Positions 19,808-29,254 are shown, counted from the first letter of the stretch. The stretch is DNA of 64,000 bases from Alphaproteobacteria bacterium (GCA_047975765.1 JBKEEF010000012.1:84824-148823), one strand, 5' to 3'. The notes: generated by a model from the sequence alone, not told the origin. Made by a program: numbers and translations.

Positions 19808-21598
19808 ATGTTGAATTTAATTAGAAGATTTTGTGATTTTTATGGAAGCAATTTTGCGCCAAAATTGCTAGAGATTGTTAAATTAGGTTACCACAAAGAA
19901 CATTTCAAAAGAGACGTAGCATCGGGGCTAACTGTTGCTATCATCTCCTTGCCTTTGGCTATGGCTTTTGCAATTGCCTCTGGTGTTTCTCCTTCACAAG
20001 GTCTCTACACTGCAATTGTTGCAGGCTGTTTTATCTCTCTATTTGGTGGCAGTAGATATCAAATTGGTGGACCAACAGGTGCCTTTGTTATTATCATTTT
20101 CAATATCATTCAGCAACATCAATATACTGGACTTCTAATGGCGATGATGATTGCAGGTGTGATTTTACTTTTCGCTGGTTTTCTTAGACTTGGAAATTAT
20201 GTTAAATATATCCCTTTCCCTGTTATTATTGGCTTGACCTCAGGAATTGCTGTTTTACTTTTTTCAACTCAAATCAAAGATTTATTTGGGCTTCAAATTG
20301 AATCTGTTCCAGCAGAATTTTTGCCTAAGTGGCGCTCATATTTGAGTAATTGGCATAGCTTTACGATTGCGTCAATTGCCGTAACTCTAATCACTTTTGG
20401 TGTTATCTTTTTTATTGAAATTAGAAAAATAAAACTTCCAGCCTATTTGATTGCTCTATCTTTTGCAACAATTGCAGTAATTGGCTTTTCAATGTTCAAT
20501 ATAGATATTGACACGATTGGTAACAAATTTGGTGGACTCCCTCTCTTTTTGCCAATGCCAGAATTTCCTGCTTTCGACCTTGATCTCGCCTTAAGAGTTT
20601 TTCCAAGCGCACTCACAATTGCTTTTTTGACAGCTGTAGAATCACTTCTCAGTGCCACTGTGATTGATAGTATTAGTGGTGACAACCACAATCCTAATGC
20701 TGAAATCATTGCTGGTGGTTTAGCAACGATTGCTTCTGCTGCCTTTATGGGTCTGCCTGCAACGGGTGCTGTGGCTCGTACTACTGCAAATTATAAAGCG
20801 GGTGCATATTCTCCACTATCAGGTGTGATGCATGCAATATTCTTACTCTTATTCATGCTTTTGCTTTCACCTATTTCAAAATATATTCCGCTTGCGGCTC
20901 TTTCTGCAGTGTTGATGATTATTGCATTTAATATGTTTGGCTTCTCAAAATTTATGCGCATTTTGAAAGGTGCAAGAGGCGACAGATGGGTTTTGCTTTC
21001 AACTTTTGTTTTGACTGTTTTTGTAGACTTAAACGTAGCAATTAGTATCGGCTTTATCCTTGCTAGTATTATCTTTATGCATTCTATGAGTGAAGAAATT
21101 GAAGTTGAAGCTGACGATGCTCTTGAAGTTTACAAACAAGGTTATGATGTAAAAGGTTCTGACATTGATGAAAAACTATCTAAAAAAGGTGTAATGTCCA
21201 TCCGTTTTTCAGGACCTCTCTTTTTTGGAGCAACGGCAACGATTGCTGGATTTTTTAGAACCATCAATCCTCCAAAAGTTCTCATTTTAAGAATGTCTCG
21301 TGTGAGCATTGTTGATGCAAGTGGTGCAAATGCCTTAGTCGAATTTTTAAAGAGAATGAGAGAATACAATACTAAAATAATTATTTCCCATATCAGAAAA
21401 CAGCCACAACGTGTTTTGACCCCAATTTTGAAAGAAGAAGGTCTCTATAAAGAAATTTCTCAAGCGGCAACTTTTGAAAATGCAATCAACATTGCCAAAA
21501 AGCATATTCGAGAACTTGAGAAAAACAAACAAGAAGAAGAGAAGAATGAGGACACTGGTAATAAAGACATAAAACAGTTGATTAATGAGCTGATTTAG
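19808..21598 (+). CDS. SulP-family anion transporter with C-terminal STAS domain
   Basis: About 596 aa. Multiple TM segments, the sulfate-transporter family motif region, and a C-terminal STAS-like domain. ATG at 19808 preferred over the TTG at 19793. Confidence 0.85.
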   Translation: MLNLIRRFCDFYGSNFAPKLLEIVKLGYHKEHFKRDVASGLTVAIISLPLAMAFAIASGVSPSQGLYTAIVAGCFISLFGGSRYQIGGPTGAFVIIIFNIIQQHQYTGLLMAMMIAGVILLFAGFLRLGNYVKYIPFPVIIGLTSGIAVLLFSTQIKDLFGLQIESVPAEFLPKWRSYLSNWHSFTIASIAVTLITFGVIFFIEIRKIKLPAYLIALSFATIAVIGFSMFNIDIDTIGNKFGGLPLFLPMPEFPAFDLDLALRVFPSALTIAFLTAVESLLSATVIDSISGDNHNPNAEIIAGGLATIASAAFMGLPATGAVARTTANYKAGAYSPLSGVMHAIFLLLFMLLLSPISKYIPLAALSAVLMIIAFNMFGFSKFMRILKGARGDRWVLLSTFVLTVFVDLNVAISIGFILASIIFMHSMSEEIEVEADDALEVYKQGYDVKGSDIDEKLSKKGVMSIRFSGPLFFGATATIAGFFRTINPPKVLILRMSRVSIVDASGANALVEFLKRMREYNTKIIISHIRKQPQRVLTPILKEEGLYKEISQAATFENAINIAKKHIRELEKNKQEEEKNEDTGNKDIKQLINELI

Positions 21599-21624
21599 TT
21601 ATATATTGTTTCATAGAAAAATGT

Positions 21625-22167
21625 ATGAAAGGAAAAACAATGTTTTTATTACTTAGTTTAGTGTTTGTTTTGGTTCTGACAACTCAAGCTTTTGCTAATC
21701 CTGCTTGTGCAGTTTGCACAGTTGCTGTTGGCGCTTCTCTCGAGATTGCACGCCGTCTTGGAGTTGATGATTGTGTAGTTGGTGTTTGGGCTGGAGCTCT
21801 TTTAGCACTCCTCGGCTTTTGGATGCTCAAATGGTTTGAAAAAAAGAATATAAACTTCTGGGGTAGAGATTTTATCTCTGTTTGGGGCTCTGTTGCCATG
21901 ATTGGGTTTATGTATGTTTCACAAATTCCATATGCTCCTAAACCAATTTTGTTTTTCTATATGGATCCTCTTTTGTTTAGCACTATTGTTGGTGCTTTAG
22001 GTTTCATCTGGTCTTCTGATTTTTATCAATGGATGAAAGCAAAAAATGGTGGAAAGGCTCACTTTCCTTTCGAAAAAGTAGCTTTACCAATCGTAACTTT
22101 GCTTATTTTGAGTCTAATTTTCAATTATGTGAAAATCGGAACAGCTGCTGACCCATTCAACTTATAG
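21625..22167 (+). CDS. hypothetical membrane protein (signal peptide plus about 3-4 TM)
   Basis: 180 aa. N-terminal hydrophobic leader, CAVCTVAV motif, several TM helices. Tight 10 nt spacing to the next gene. Confidence 0.5.
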   Translation: MKGKTMFLLLSLVFVLVLTTQAFANPACAVCTVAVGASLEIARRLGVDDCVVGVWAGALLALLGFWMLKWFEKKNINFWGRDFISVWGSVAMIGFMYVSQIPYAPKPILFFYMDPLLFSTIVGALGFIWSSDFYQWMKAKNGGKAHFPFEKVALPIVTLLILSLIFNYVKIGTAADPFNL

Positions 22168-22176
22168 GAGAATAAA

Positions 22177-22773
22177 ATGAAAAAAGCAGAAAATGTTAAA
22201 GAATTTGTTGAACAATATGATAATGCGAAAAAGGTCAATCCAAAAGATTTATCTTCTGATCAGGATTTAACAATTGCGATAATGAATTTGATTTCAATTG
22301 AAGAACACCTTGTATTTTCTGGTGCCAAAACAGGAAAGACTTCTTACTATGACCTCATCGAAGATGTGAGAGAAACTAGAAAGAATTTGATGCAAACTGT
22401 TATTCCTAAATATGAAGGTGAAGTTTGGTGTATTTCAAAGCATTTGCTTGCAACTTCTATGCGTTTGATGGAAGTTGGGACAAAGCAACAGAGTTTGGGC
22501 AACCAAGAGGAAGCATATAGTTTATTTAATAAAGCTTATGATATGTATTGCTTGTTCTGGGGCTTGAATATGAATATGCTCAATATCGAAAATGTAAATT
22601 GGATTGAAGACAAAACAGAAGATGTTAAGAAAACTGCTCTTAAAGCGGAAAAGAGTGTCTCTGTTAAAGAAGCTACAACTTCTGAAAAAACAGAAAAAGA
22701 AACAGAACCAACAAGTGCCCTCTCAAAGATGAAAGCCTTTGTAAAAAAAGCCGTTGATTGCTGTATCGAATAG
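22177..22773 (+). CDS. hypothetical soluble protein
   Basis: 198 aa. Good RBS (aggagaataaaATG). No recognisable domain. Confidence 0.5.
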   Translation: MKKAENVKEFVEQYDNAKKVNPKDLSSDQDLTIAIMNLISIEEHLVFSGAKTGKTSYYDLIEDVRETRKNLMQTVIPKYEGEVWCISKHLLATSMRLMEVGTKQQSLGNQEEAYSLFNKAYDMYCLFWGLNMNMLNIENVNWIEDKTEDVKKTALKAEKSVSVKEATTSEKTEKETEPTSALSKMKAFVKKAVDCCIE

Positions 22774-22778
22774 TTCTT

Positions 22779-22815
22779 AAAGCCCTGAAAAAAAAAAATT
22801 CAGGGCTTCAATTTT
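22779..22815 (+). terminator. rho-independent terminator (A-rich loop)
   Basis: AAGCCCTGAA a9 TTCAGGGCTT followed by a T-rich run. Confidence 0.6.
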
Positions 22816-22894
22816 ATTTTATTGCATAATTTTCAAAAAAAAAAAAATAGAATATATTTTGATATATTATCATTAACTAATTATTTTATAATTT

Positions 22895-23545
22895 ATGGAA
22901 ACACCTCAATTTATTGTTCTCTTATTCATCTTTATTGTATTTGCAACCATTGCAGCTCGAATTTATCTTTCGACACAGCTCAAGAATGCTAAATCTATTG
23001 CAGACAAATGGGAGATTGACTTTCATGATGTTTTTACCAAAGCACATGAAGCTGAGCGGATTCTTAAGTTGCTTGACATTCTTAAAAAAGTTCAATTAAA
23101 CAAAGGCTCTGGTATTTTAGCTGTTATTGAAACACAGCTTTATCAAGACTATTCTCTTTCATTAGCTGAAAAAAAGATGGCTCAATTTCGAAACAAAGAA
23201 ATTGAACTCTCAGAATTTCAGCAAAGAAAATTCTTGATGAAAATTGTTGAAAGAAAAGCATTGGATACAAGTATTGTCTATCAGGGGCTTGCCGAAGATC
23301 TTCTTTCTTTGCAGTTTTATACTCAAAAACTAGATTCCTTAACGGAAACTTTTGGAGACTACCTCAAACTTCATTCAAAAATCACTCTAGATGACATTTT
23401 GAATTATAGCGAAGGAAAGAGTTCTTTTGTTGATAAGGTTTATGAAAGAGTGGAAAGCCGTGTTGATGCTTATGAAACACTTAAGCAAAACATGGAAAAT
23501 GCAACCAATCGATTTCTAGAAGTCAGAAAAATTTTTGATGAATAA
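22895..23545 (+). CDS. hypothetical membrane-anchored coiled-coil protein
   Basis: 216 aa. N-terminal TM (FIVLLFIFIVFATIAARIYL), then coiled-coil-like heptads. Confidence 0.5.
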   Translation: METPQFIVLLFIFIVFATIAARIYLSTQLKNAKSIADKWEIDFHDVFTKAHEAERILKLLDILKKVQLNKGSGILAVIETQLYQDYSLSLAEKKMAQFRNKEIELSEFQQRKFLMKIVERKALDTSIVYQGLAEDLLSLQFYTQKLDSLTETFGDYLKLHSKITLDDILNYSEGKSSFVDKVYERVESRVDAYETLKQNMENATNRFLEVRKIFDE

Positions 23546-23568
23546 ATTTAGAGATTATAAATTTAGTA

Positions 23569-23610
23569 AAAGAGTGCTCCCTAACCAGAGCACTCTTTTT
23601 TTTATTTTTT
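23569..23610. terminator. bidirectional terminator between convergent genes
   Basis: AAGAGTGCTCcctaaccAGAGCACTCTT followed by T8. Confidence 0.6.
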
Positions 23611-23841
23611 AGAAACACGATATTCATTGTTTGATGATTTGACGATTTTTGCAAATTCTGCAAAAGACTCCACAGAAAGCTTTGATTGAAATATCTTCTC
23701 TTCTCCAATTTCTTGAAGATTAACCTTTCCATAGCCATCTTTTAAATGTTCGTAAACAAAAGCAAGCTCTTTGAATGTGAGCTCAGAGCTAACTTTTCTA
23801 GACTTGATTGGTTTTCTGATTACGATTGCTTTTGTTTTCAT
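23602..23841 (-). CDS. hypothetical small basic protein (79 aa)
   Basis: ORF with a perfect hairpin in its 5' leader. No recognisable domain. Confidence 0.4.
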   Translation of the reverse strand: MKTKAIVIRKPIKSRKVSSELTFKELAFVYEHLKDGYGKVNLQEIGEEKIFQSKLSVESFAEFAKIVKSSNNEYRVSKK

Positions 23842-24107
23842 TATTTTATTCCTTTTAGTAAAAATCTGGGGTTGTAATTTCTTACAACCCCAAATCTAAA
23901 AAGAATAAATAACCGATATGTGTTGTAAGTGTTAGAATTTAGTGAGTGGCAACGATGTGCACACGGTCTGATTATCCGCTTGCATCATTCGATTGACATT
24001 ACAAATTCGTTTACACTTAAACATAAAAAATTTCCTAAAAAATTTTAATAACTTCTCAAAGTCTAAAATTAAAAAAATTTCTTGTCAATTATTTTTTTCA
24101 AATAAAA

Positions 24108-24137
24108 TATTGACAGTTCCTTAAAAAAGAAAATATA
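24108..24137 (+). promoter_or_regulatory. candidate strong sigma70 promoter in a 630 bp gene-poor region
   Basis: TTGACA, 18 nt spacer, TATACT (24108-24113 and 24132-24137). Confidence 0.4.
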
Positions 24138-24469
24138 CTGAATTCAGATTAATTTTATTGGAAGCACAATGAGCATAACTCAAAAGACTTTTTCTTTCGT
24201 TATCTCCCCTGAACAAACAAATTCAGTTATTTTTGTGTGTCCTCTTGTTTCTTCTCATCTTTTTGTTTGTATGTGTATGTAATTTAACACATTCCTTGAG
24301 CCTTCAAATAGCTCTTCAACAAAATAATTTACGACGAGAAGTAACCATGAAAAAACAAAAAACACCATTTATATGAAAAAATTTATTCTCAAGACACCTC
24401 TTTGTCTTGTGCTTTGACCTATTTAGAAAATTATTATAAAATTATTGTTTAACAAAATAAATTAAAATT

Positions 24470-24823
24470 ATGAAACAGTTTATTAAAATCAACGATGAAA
24501 AAAGCAAAGCCTCTTTTCACAAGTTCTCTAAAAACAATGAAGAAAAAGTTTTGTTAAAAACCGTTCTTGATGCGTTTTTTTTGGGTGAAAACATTGCTTA
24601 TATTGATGCTGATGAAGACATAAAATCAAATTTTAAAGTCATCACAAATTTTGTTGAAAAGAAAGGATGCATTGTGAATGTTTTTCCTGTCTATTTTGAG
24701 GAAAATGAAATTGGAGCTGTTGTTTTTGAGAAAAGCAAATGTCTGCTTGTTGGGAAAGATCAGCTTTCCAACTTTCGTCGAACATATGCAAGCCAGTGTA
24801 AGGCCTTTGACTGGGTAATCTAG
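24470..24823 (+). CDS. hypothetical protein (117 aa)
   Basis: ORF only. No recognisable motif. Confidence 0.45.
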   Translation: MKQFIKINDEKSKASFHKFSKNNEEKVLLKTVLDAFFLGENIAYIDADEDIKSNFKVITNFVEKKGCIVNVFPVYFEENEIGAVVFEKSKCLLVGKDQLSNFRRTYASQCKAFDWVI

Positions 24824-24888
24824 TTTTTATTTATTCAAAAAAACACCCGCATTTTTACAAATGCTGGTGTTTTTTTGTGTGAGATAGT

Positions 24889-26088
24889 TTAGAAAAGAAG
24901 TGTTGCTCTCAGACTATATACAAAAGCAGTATCACTATCGCTTTGAGCAGGTTTAATGTACATTTGAACATCTGGTGTCAACAAAAGATTATTTCCAATT
25001 CCAAAGTTGAGGTAAGATTCCAAAACACTTTCTCTTTTGCGAGAATCTGGATAAATATCTTTGTTAATTTTATTAATTCCACCCGCAAAACCAATACCAT
25101 CTAGAGAATTTCCTCTATCAAATGGATCTTTGTAAACAGCACCTAAGACATAAGACTGTTTCAAACCAGATGAATGCGAAGAGGAATTGATACGGCTAAA
25201 TACTGCCCATTTTTTCCCAATATCTTGAGCAAGATTCAATGACCAGCCATAACTATTTTCAGGTTGTGCTTTCACACTTGGTTGATAATAAACCATAGCA
25301 GAATAATAACCTTGTCCTAAACCAGAGATTTTTGGCATAAAGGCAACCTGACCAAAGCTTGTGTATTTTCCTGAAGTCATTGTGCCTGTTTTGATTTCTG
25401 TTCCTGAGATATTTTGTGCGTCTTGATAACCCACTGTTGCACTCCACTCATCCGTTGGAGCAACTGTTACAAAAGCACCAATACCTGCTGAAGGATATGT
25501 GTCTGTTGCATTTTGAGAAAACGAATCGTTAACAAACTGTGTTTGTTGATTGGCGGCATAGGGATTCCCGTCAAAAAGATAAAGAGGAAACTGACCAAAT
25601 GTTGCAGACAGCCATTTCATATCATCTGGCAATTGGTGTGTATAAGTGAGTTGATTGAAATAGTTATGATTTGAAGTATAATCATTAATACCACTCACAA
25701 CACCAATGTTTCCACCTAAAGCATCTCCATCTCTTTTGTGTTTCATATATCTATTACTTGTATATGAAACTTGGAATGAGCCGGTTCCAATATCTTCACT
25801 TTGAAAAGCTTCCCAATCTGCTTCACCATAATATTGGACTTGAAAAGGTGTGATTTGACCACTTGGAGACCCTCTTTGCCCCAAAATGCTAATTACTCCG
25901 TCATAAGTTATGCCGGCATCTTTTTGCAAATCATTCTTGAAATCTTGATAATCATCTTCAGATTTTTGATATCCATTTTCTGCTGTTTTGAAAACATTAT
26001 TGACTTTGCTGTAATATTTTGCTTCTGCACCATCAATAAAGCCAAAAGCAAGAATTGTTGATAGTCCATAAATAAGTTTTTTATTCAT
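24889..26088 (-). CDS. outer-membrane porin-like beta-barrel protein
   Basis: Start moved to ATG 26088 (perfect AGGAGA SD). Signal peptide MNKKLIYGLSTILAFGFIDGAEA. About 400 aa, Gly/Tyr/Ser-rich with alternating pattern, C-terminal LLF. Confidence 0.6.
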   Translation of the reverse strand: MNKKLIYGLSTILAFGFIDGAEAKYYSKVNNVFKTAENGYQKSEDDYQDFKNDLQKDAGITYDGVISILGQRGSPSGQITPFQVQYYGEADWEAFQSEDIGTGSFQVSYTSNRYMKHKRDGDALGGNIGVVSGINDYTSNHNYFNQLTYTHQLPDDMKWLSATFGQFPLYLFDGNPYAANQQTQFVNDSFSQNATDTYPSAGIGAFVTVAPTDEWSATVGYQDAQNISGTEIKTGTMTSGKYTSFGQVAFMPKISGLGQGYYSAMVYYQPSVKAQPENSYGWSLNLAQDIGKKWAVFSRINSSSHSSGLKQSYVLGAVYKDPFDRGNSLDGIGFAGGINKINKDIYPDSRKRESVLESYLNFGIGNNLLLTPDVQMYIKPAQSDSDTAFVYSLRATLLF

Positions 26089-26294
26089 GAAGTTTCTCCT
26101 AAATTTATATTCATCATATGACCTAATCATTCTTTTTGTTTTTTAAACAAGCAAAGCTTTTACAATGAAAATTTTTATTTTGACCTTATATAATTATACG
26201 TTATCATGTTTTTTTAGTCCTTAAGCGTTCCTTAAGTTGGCAATGATTAACTCTCTCTTGTAAGTTGATAAAAATAATTTAATGGAGAAATAAT

Positions 26295-26654
26295 ATGAAA
26301 AAAACTTTAACTGTTTCTGCTTTAGCTCTTTTGCTTGGTCTTTCTGGTCAAGCTTTAGCACAAACAAATAATGCTGGTGGATATACAGGACCAGGAATCG
26401 AAAAAATCACTGTTGTTGAAGCTCAAAAACTTAGTGATGACACCCCTGTTGTTCTTGTTGGAAAAATTGAAAAAAGCCTCGGTGGTGAAAAATATATTTT
26501 TACAGACTCTACAGGAAGTGTGACCATTGAAATCGACGATAAAGACTGGAAAGGTTTAACTGTTGGAGCAGATGATACTGTTGAAATCAGAGGAGAAGTT
26601 GATAAAGACTTCACAAGTTTTGAAATTGATGTCGACACTGTCATCAAAAAATAA
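26295..26654 (+). CDS. ygiW: BOF (YgiW/YdeI, DUF388) periplasmic OB-fold stress protein
   Basis: 119 aa. Signal peptide. GYTGPGIEKITVVEAQKLSDDTPVVLVGKIEKSLGGEKYIFTDSTGSVTIEID matches the BOF-family pattern. Sits upstream of a QseBC-like two-component system, as ygiW-qseBC does in E. coli. Confidence 0.75.
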   Translation: MKKTLTVSALALLLGLSGQALAQTNNAGGYTGPGIEKITVVEAQKLSDDTPVVLVGKIEKSLGGEKYIFTDSTGSVTIEIDDKDWKGLTVGADDTVEIRGEVDKDFTSFEIDVDTVIKK

Positions 26655-26674
26655 AACAAGGAAAAGCGAACAAA

Positions 26675-27334
26675 ATGCGCATTCTTATCATTGAAGATGA
26701 CAGACTCATTGGAGACGGCTTAAAGATTGGATTAGAGAAACTTGGTTTCATAACCGACTGGTTCACAGATGGGCTTGAAGGAAAAGAAGCGCTCCTTCAA
26801 ACAGCTTATGATGCTGTTGTTCTAGACTTAGGCCTCCCTGGTGAGGACGGAATTTCAATTTTGAGACAGTGGCGCAACAAGGCTCTAAAAACCCCTGTGC
26901 TAATCTTAACAGCACAGGGAGACCTTGAGCAAAAAATTTTGGGTCTTGAAAGTGGAGCTGATGACTATTTAACCAAACCTTTTGCTCTTACTGAAGTTTC
27001 TGCTCGACTAAAAGCATTGGTTAGAAGACATCATGACACATTTGAATCTCTTTTAAAACATGGTGAAGTTGCTTTCGACCCTCAAAAAAGAAAAGTGATG
27101 CTAAAATCTCACGAAATTGTACTTTCACCAAAAGAACTTCTACTTCTTGAACTTTTTCTTCTCAATAAAAACAAGGTGCTATCAAAGCCTCAAATTGAAG
27201 AAAAAATATATAATTGGGATGACGAAGTTTCAAGTAATGCGGTCGAGGTTCACGTTCATAATCTGCGAAAAAAATTAGGAAAGAACATCATAAAAACGCT
27301 CAATAAAATTGGTTATATGATGGAAGATAAATGA
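26675..27334 (+). CDS. qseB: OmpR-family response regulator (QseB/BasR-like)
   Basis: 219 aa. MRILIIEDDRLIGDGLKIGL...VVLDLGLPGEDG receiver domain. Winged-helix C-terminus ...EVHVHNLRKKLG. High similarity to the QseB pattern. Confidence 0.8.
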   Translation: MRILIIEDDRLIGDGLKIGLEKLGFITDWFTDGLEGKEALLQTAYDAVVLDLGLPGEDGISILRQWRNKALKTPVLILTAQGDLEQKILGLESGADDYLTKPFALTEVSARLKALVRRHHDTFESLLKHGEVAFDPQKRKVMLKSHEIVLSPKELLLLELFLLNKNKVLSKPQIEEKIYNWDDEVSSNAVEVHVHNLRKKLGKNIIKTLNKIGYMMEDK

Positions 27335-28680
27335 AAAAATTAAGCCTACATCTCAGACTTGCTCTTTCTTTTTTATGCCTCACCATTTTGGTTTGGTTAG
27401 CTTCTGCTGTTTTATCTTGGCATGAAACAAAAGAACAAATGGACGAGTTCTTTGACACCTATCAACTCAGTCTTGCCAAACAACTTGCTTCAGCAGACTG
27501 GAGCGACATATCACCTGAAACACAAAAGAAAACAAATCAACTGATAAAAAACCTTGATGATGACGGTGAGGAAGAAGATGAAGCTCTTGGCTTTGCTGTT
27601 TTTTCCAAAAAAGGGGAAATGATTTTTAATGATGGTGAAAATGGAATGAACTTTCACTTTTCTCCAGTTTCTGGTTTTGACAATCAGCATATTGGACATA
27701 AGAAAAAAAATCTATGGCGAATGCTCTGGATCGAAACAATTGATAAGAAATTTTATATTGTCGTCGGACAAGAACTAGATTTTAGACAAGAAGCTTCTCT
27801 TGAAATGGTTTTCCAAAGCTTAACACCTTGGTCTATCGGTTTGCTTATTCTTATTCTTCTTTCTCTAGGTGTGATTTATCAAGAACTTAAGCCAATCAAA
27901 TCCATAACAAAAAATCTGTCTCAAAGAAATGCTAATGATTTTTCAGAAATCACTATGGAAAATGTACCAAACGAAATCTCCCCACTTATAAAGGCTATTA
28001 ACACGCTTTTTATTCGAATCGATAAGATGCTTAAAAAAGAAAGAAGTTTCATTTCTGACGCAGCACATGAGCTCAGAAGCCCTCTTGCTGCTTTGAAGAT
28101 CCAACTAGAAGTAGCTTTACTTGCAGAAGATGATAAAAAAATGCGTCTTCACGCTTTTGAAAAACTTTCCGAAGGCATTGAACGTTCCAGTCACCTCGTT
28201 GAACAACTTTTAGCACTTTCCAAAGTTGAAGCTAAGGAAAAAGAGATAATTGAACTTGAAAAAATTGAGTGGAAAAAAGTTATTCAGAGCTTAGTTGAAG
28301 AATATAACTCAAAAATCAAAACAAAGAATCTCAAGATAAACATAAATATCTCCGAAAAATCTCCAATTGAATTTGGTAATCCTCTTCTCTGCACATTACT
28401 TTTTAGAAACCTATTGGATAATGCTATTCGCTATTGTCCTTCAAATTCAGAAATCTTAATTGATATTAATGAAACTAGAATTCTGATTGAAAATATAGCC
28501 CATCTTGAAGAAAAAAATATTGATAAGCTAGGTGAAAGATTTTATCGTCCAGCAGGTCAAACAGAAAATGGAAGTGGTTTGGGACTTTCTATTGTTTCAA
28601 AGATATCTGAAATTCATAATGTTTTGCTCAAATATGAATATAAAAATGATAAATTCTGCATAAAACTTGAAAAAGATTAA
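27331..28680 (+). CDS. qseC: sensor histidine kinase (QseC-like)
   Basis: 449 aa. Two TMs flank a periplasmic domain. H-box ISDAAHELRSPLAAL. HATPase region. 4 nt overlap with the regulator gene. Confidence 0.75.
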   Translation: MKKLSLHLRLALSFLCLTILVWLASAVLSWHETKEQMDEFFDTYQLSLAKQLASADWSDISPETQKKTNQLIKNLDDDGEEEDEALGFAVFSKKGEMIFNDGENGMNFHFSPVSGFDNQHIGHKKKNLWRMLWIETIDKKFYIVVGQELDFRQEASLEMVFQSLTPWSIGLLILILLSLGVIYQELKPIKSITKNLSQRNANDFSEITMENVPNEISPLIKAINTLFIRIDKMLKKERSFISDAAHELRSPLAALKIQLEVALLAEDDKKMRLHAFEKLSEGIERSSHLVEQLLALSKVEAKEKEIIELEKIEWKKVIQSLVEEYNSKIKTKNLKININISEKSPIEFGNPLLCTLLFRNLLDNAIRYCPSNSEILIDINETRILIENIAHLEEKNIDKLGERFYRPAGQTENGSGLGLSIVSKISEIHNVLLKYEYKNDKFCIKLEKD

Positions 28681-28764
28681 AAAAATTGTCAAAAGACTTT
28701 AAACCTCTTTTTTTTCTACCTATATTTATAGAAGACAATAAAATAACTATGAAAGGAAACGAAT

Positions 28765-29199
28765 ATGAGTTTACACGAAAAAATGAATCGCTACCTAGCG
28801 AATCAACAAGTATCTTACATTAAGTTGCACAATCTTCATTGGTACGTTGAAGGTTCTTCTTTCTTCACACTCCACCCAAAATTGGAAGAGCTTTATGACC
28901 AAACAGCTGAAATCATTGACGAAGTTGCAGAAAGACTTTTGGCAATGGGCCACAAACCAGTTGCAAGTTTCAAAGAAGCTTTAGCTTTGGCAACGATTAA
29001 AGAATTGGAAAGCAAGCCAATTTCTGGAAAAGACGTTTTGAGTAACCTTGAAAAAGATGTTGATTGGTGGGTTAAAGACACTAAGGAGCTTATTGCTTTA
29101 GCTGAAAAAGAAGGTGATGTTGTTTCCGCAGATATTTTCACAGGATATCTCAAAGAATATGAAAAATTGAACTGGATGCTCAAAGCTTATTCTAAATAG
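28765..29199 (+). CDS. dps: Dps (DNA-binding ferritin-like protein)
   Basis: 144 aa. KLHNLHWYVEGSSFFTLHPKLEELYDQ...DEVAERLLAMG ferroxidase-site pattern. Confidence 0.8.
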   Translation: MSLHEKMNRYLANQQVSYIKLHNLHWYVEGSSFFTLHPKLEELYDQTAEIIDEVAERLLAMGHKPVASFKEALALATIKELESKPISGKDVLSNLEKDVDWWVKDTKELIALAEKEGDVVSADIFTGYLKEYEKLNWMLKAYSK

Positions 29200-29214
29200 T
29201 TCCCCAAGAACAAA

Positions 29215-29248
29215 AATAAAACCTCCTAAACAGGAGGTTTTATTTTTA
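29215..29248. terminator. bidirectional rho-independent terminator
   Basis: AAAACCTCCTaaaCAGGAGGTTTTatttttat. Confidence 0.7.
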
Positions 29249-29254
29249 TAATCT

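Noticed and set aside
22836-22848. A13 and other poly-A/T tracts as definite phase-variation switches
   Set aside because: Homopolymers of 8-13 A are expected at appreciable frequency in a genome this AT-rich. Kept only as a low-confidence hypothesis for the promoter-embedded A13 and the three ORF disruptions, two of them at A8/A9 tracts.
23930-24000. Moderately GC-rich segment (gtgagtggcaacgatgtgcacacggtctgattatccgcttgc) as a known ncRNA (tmRNA, RNase P, SRP, 6S)
   Set aside because: No recognisable conserved motifs of those RNAs (for example the SRP GGAA tetraloop region or the RNase P P4 sequences) and no convincing extended helices. Left as part of the generic intergenic-region finding.
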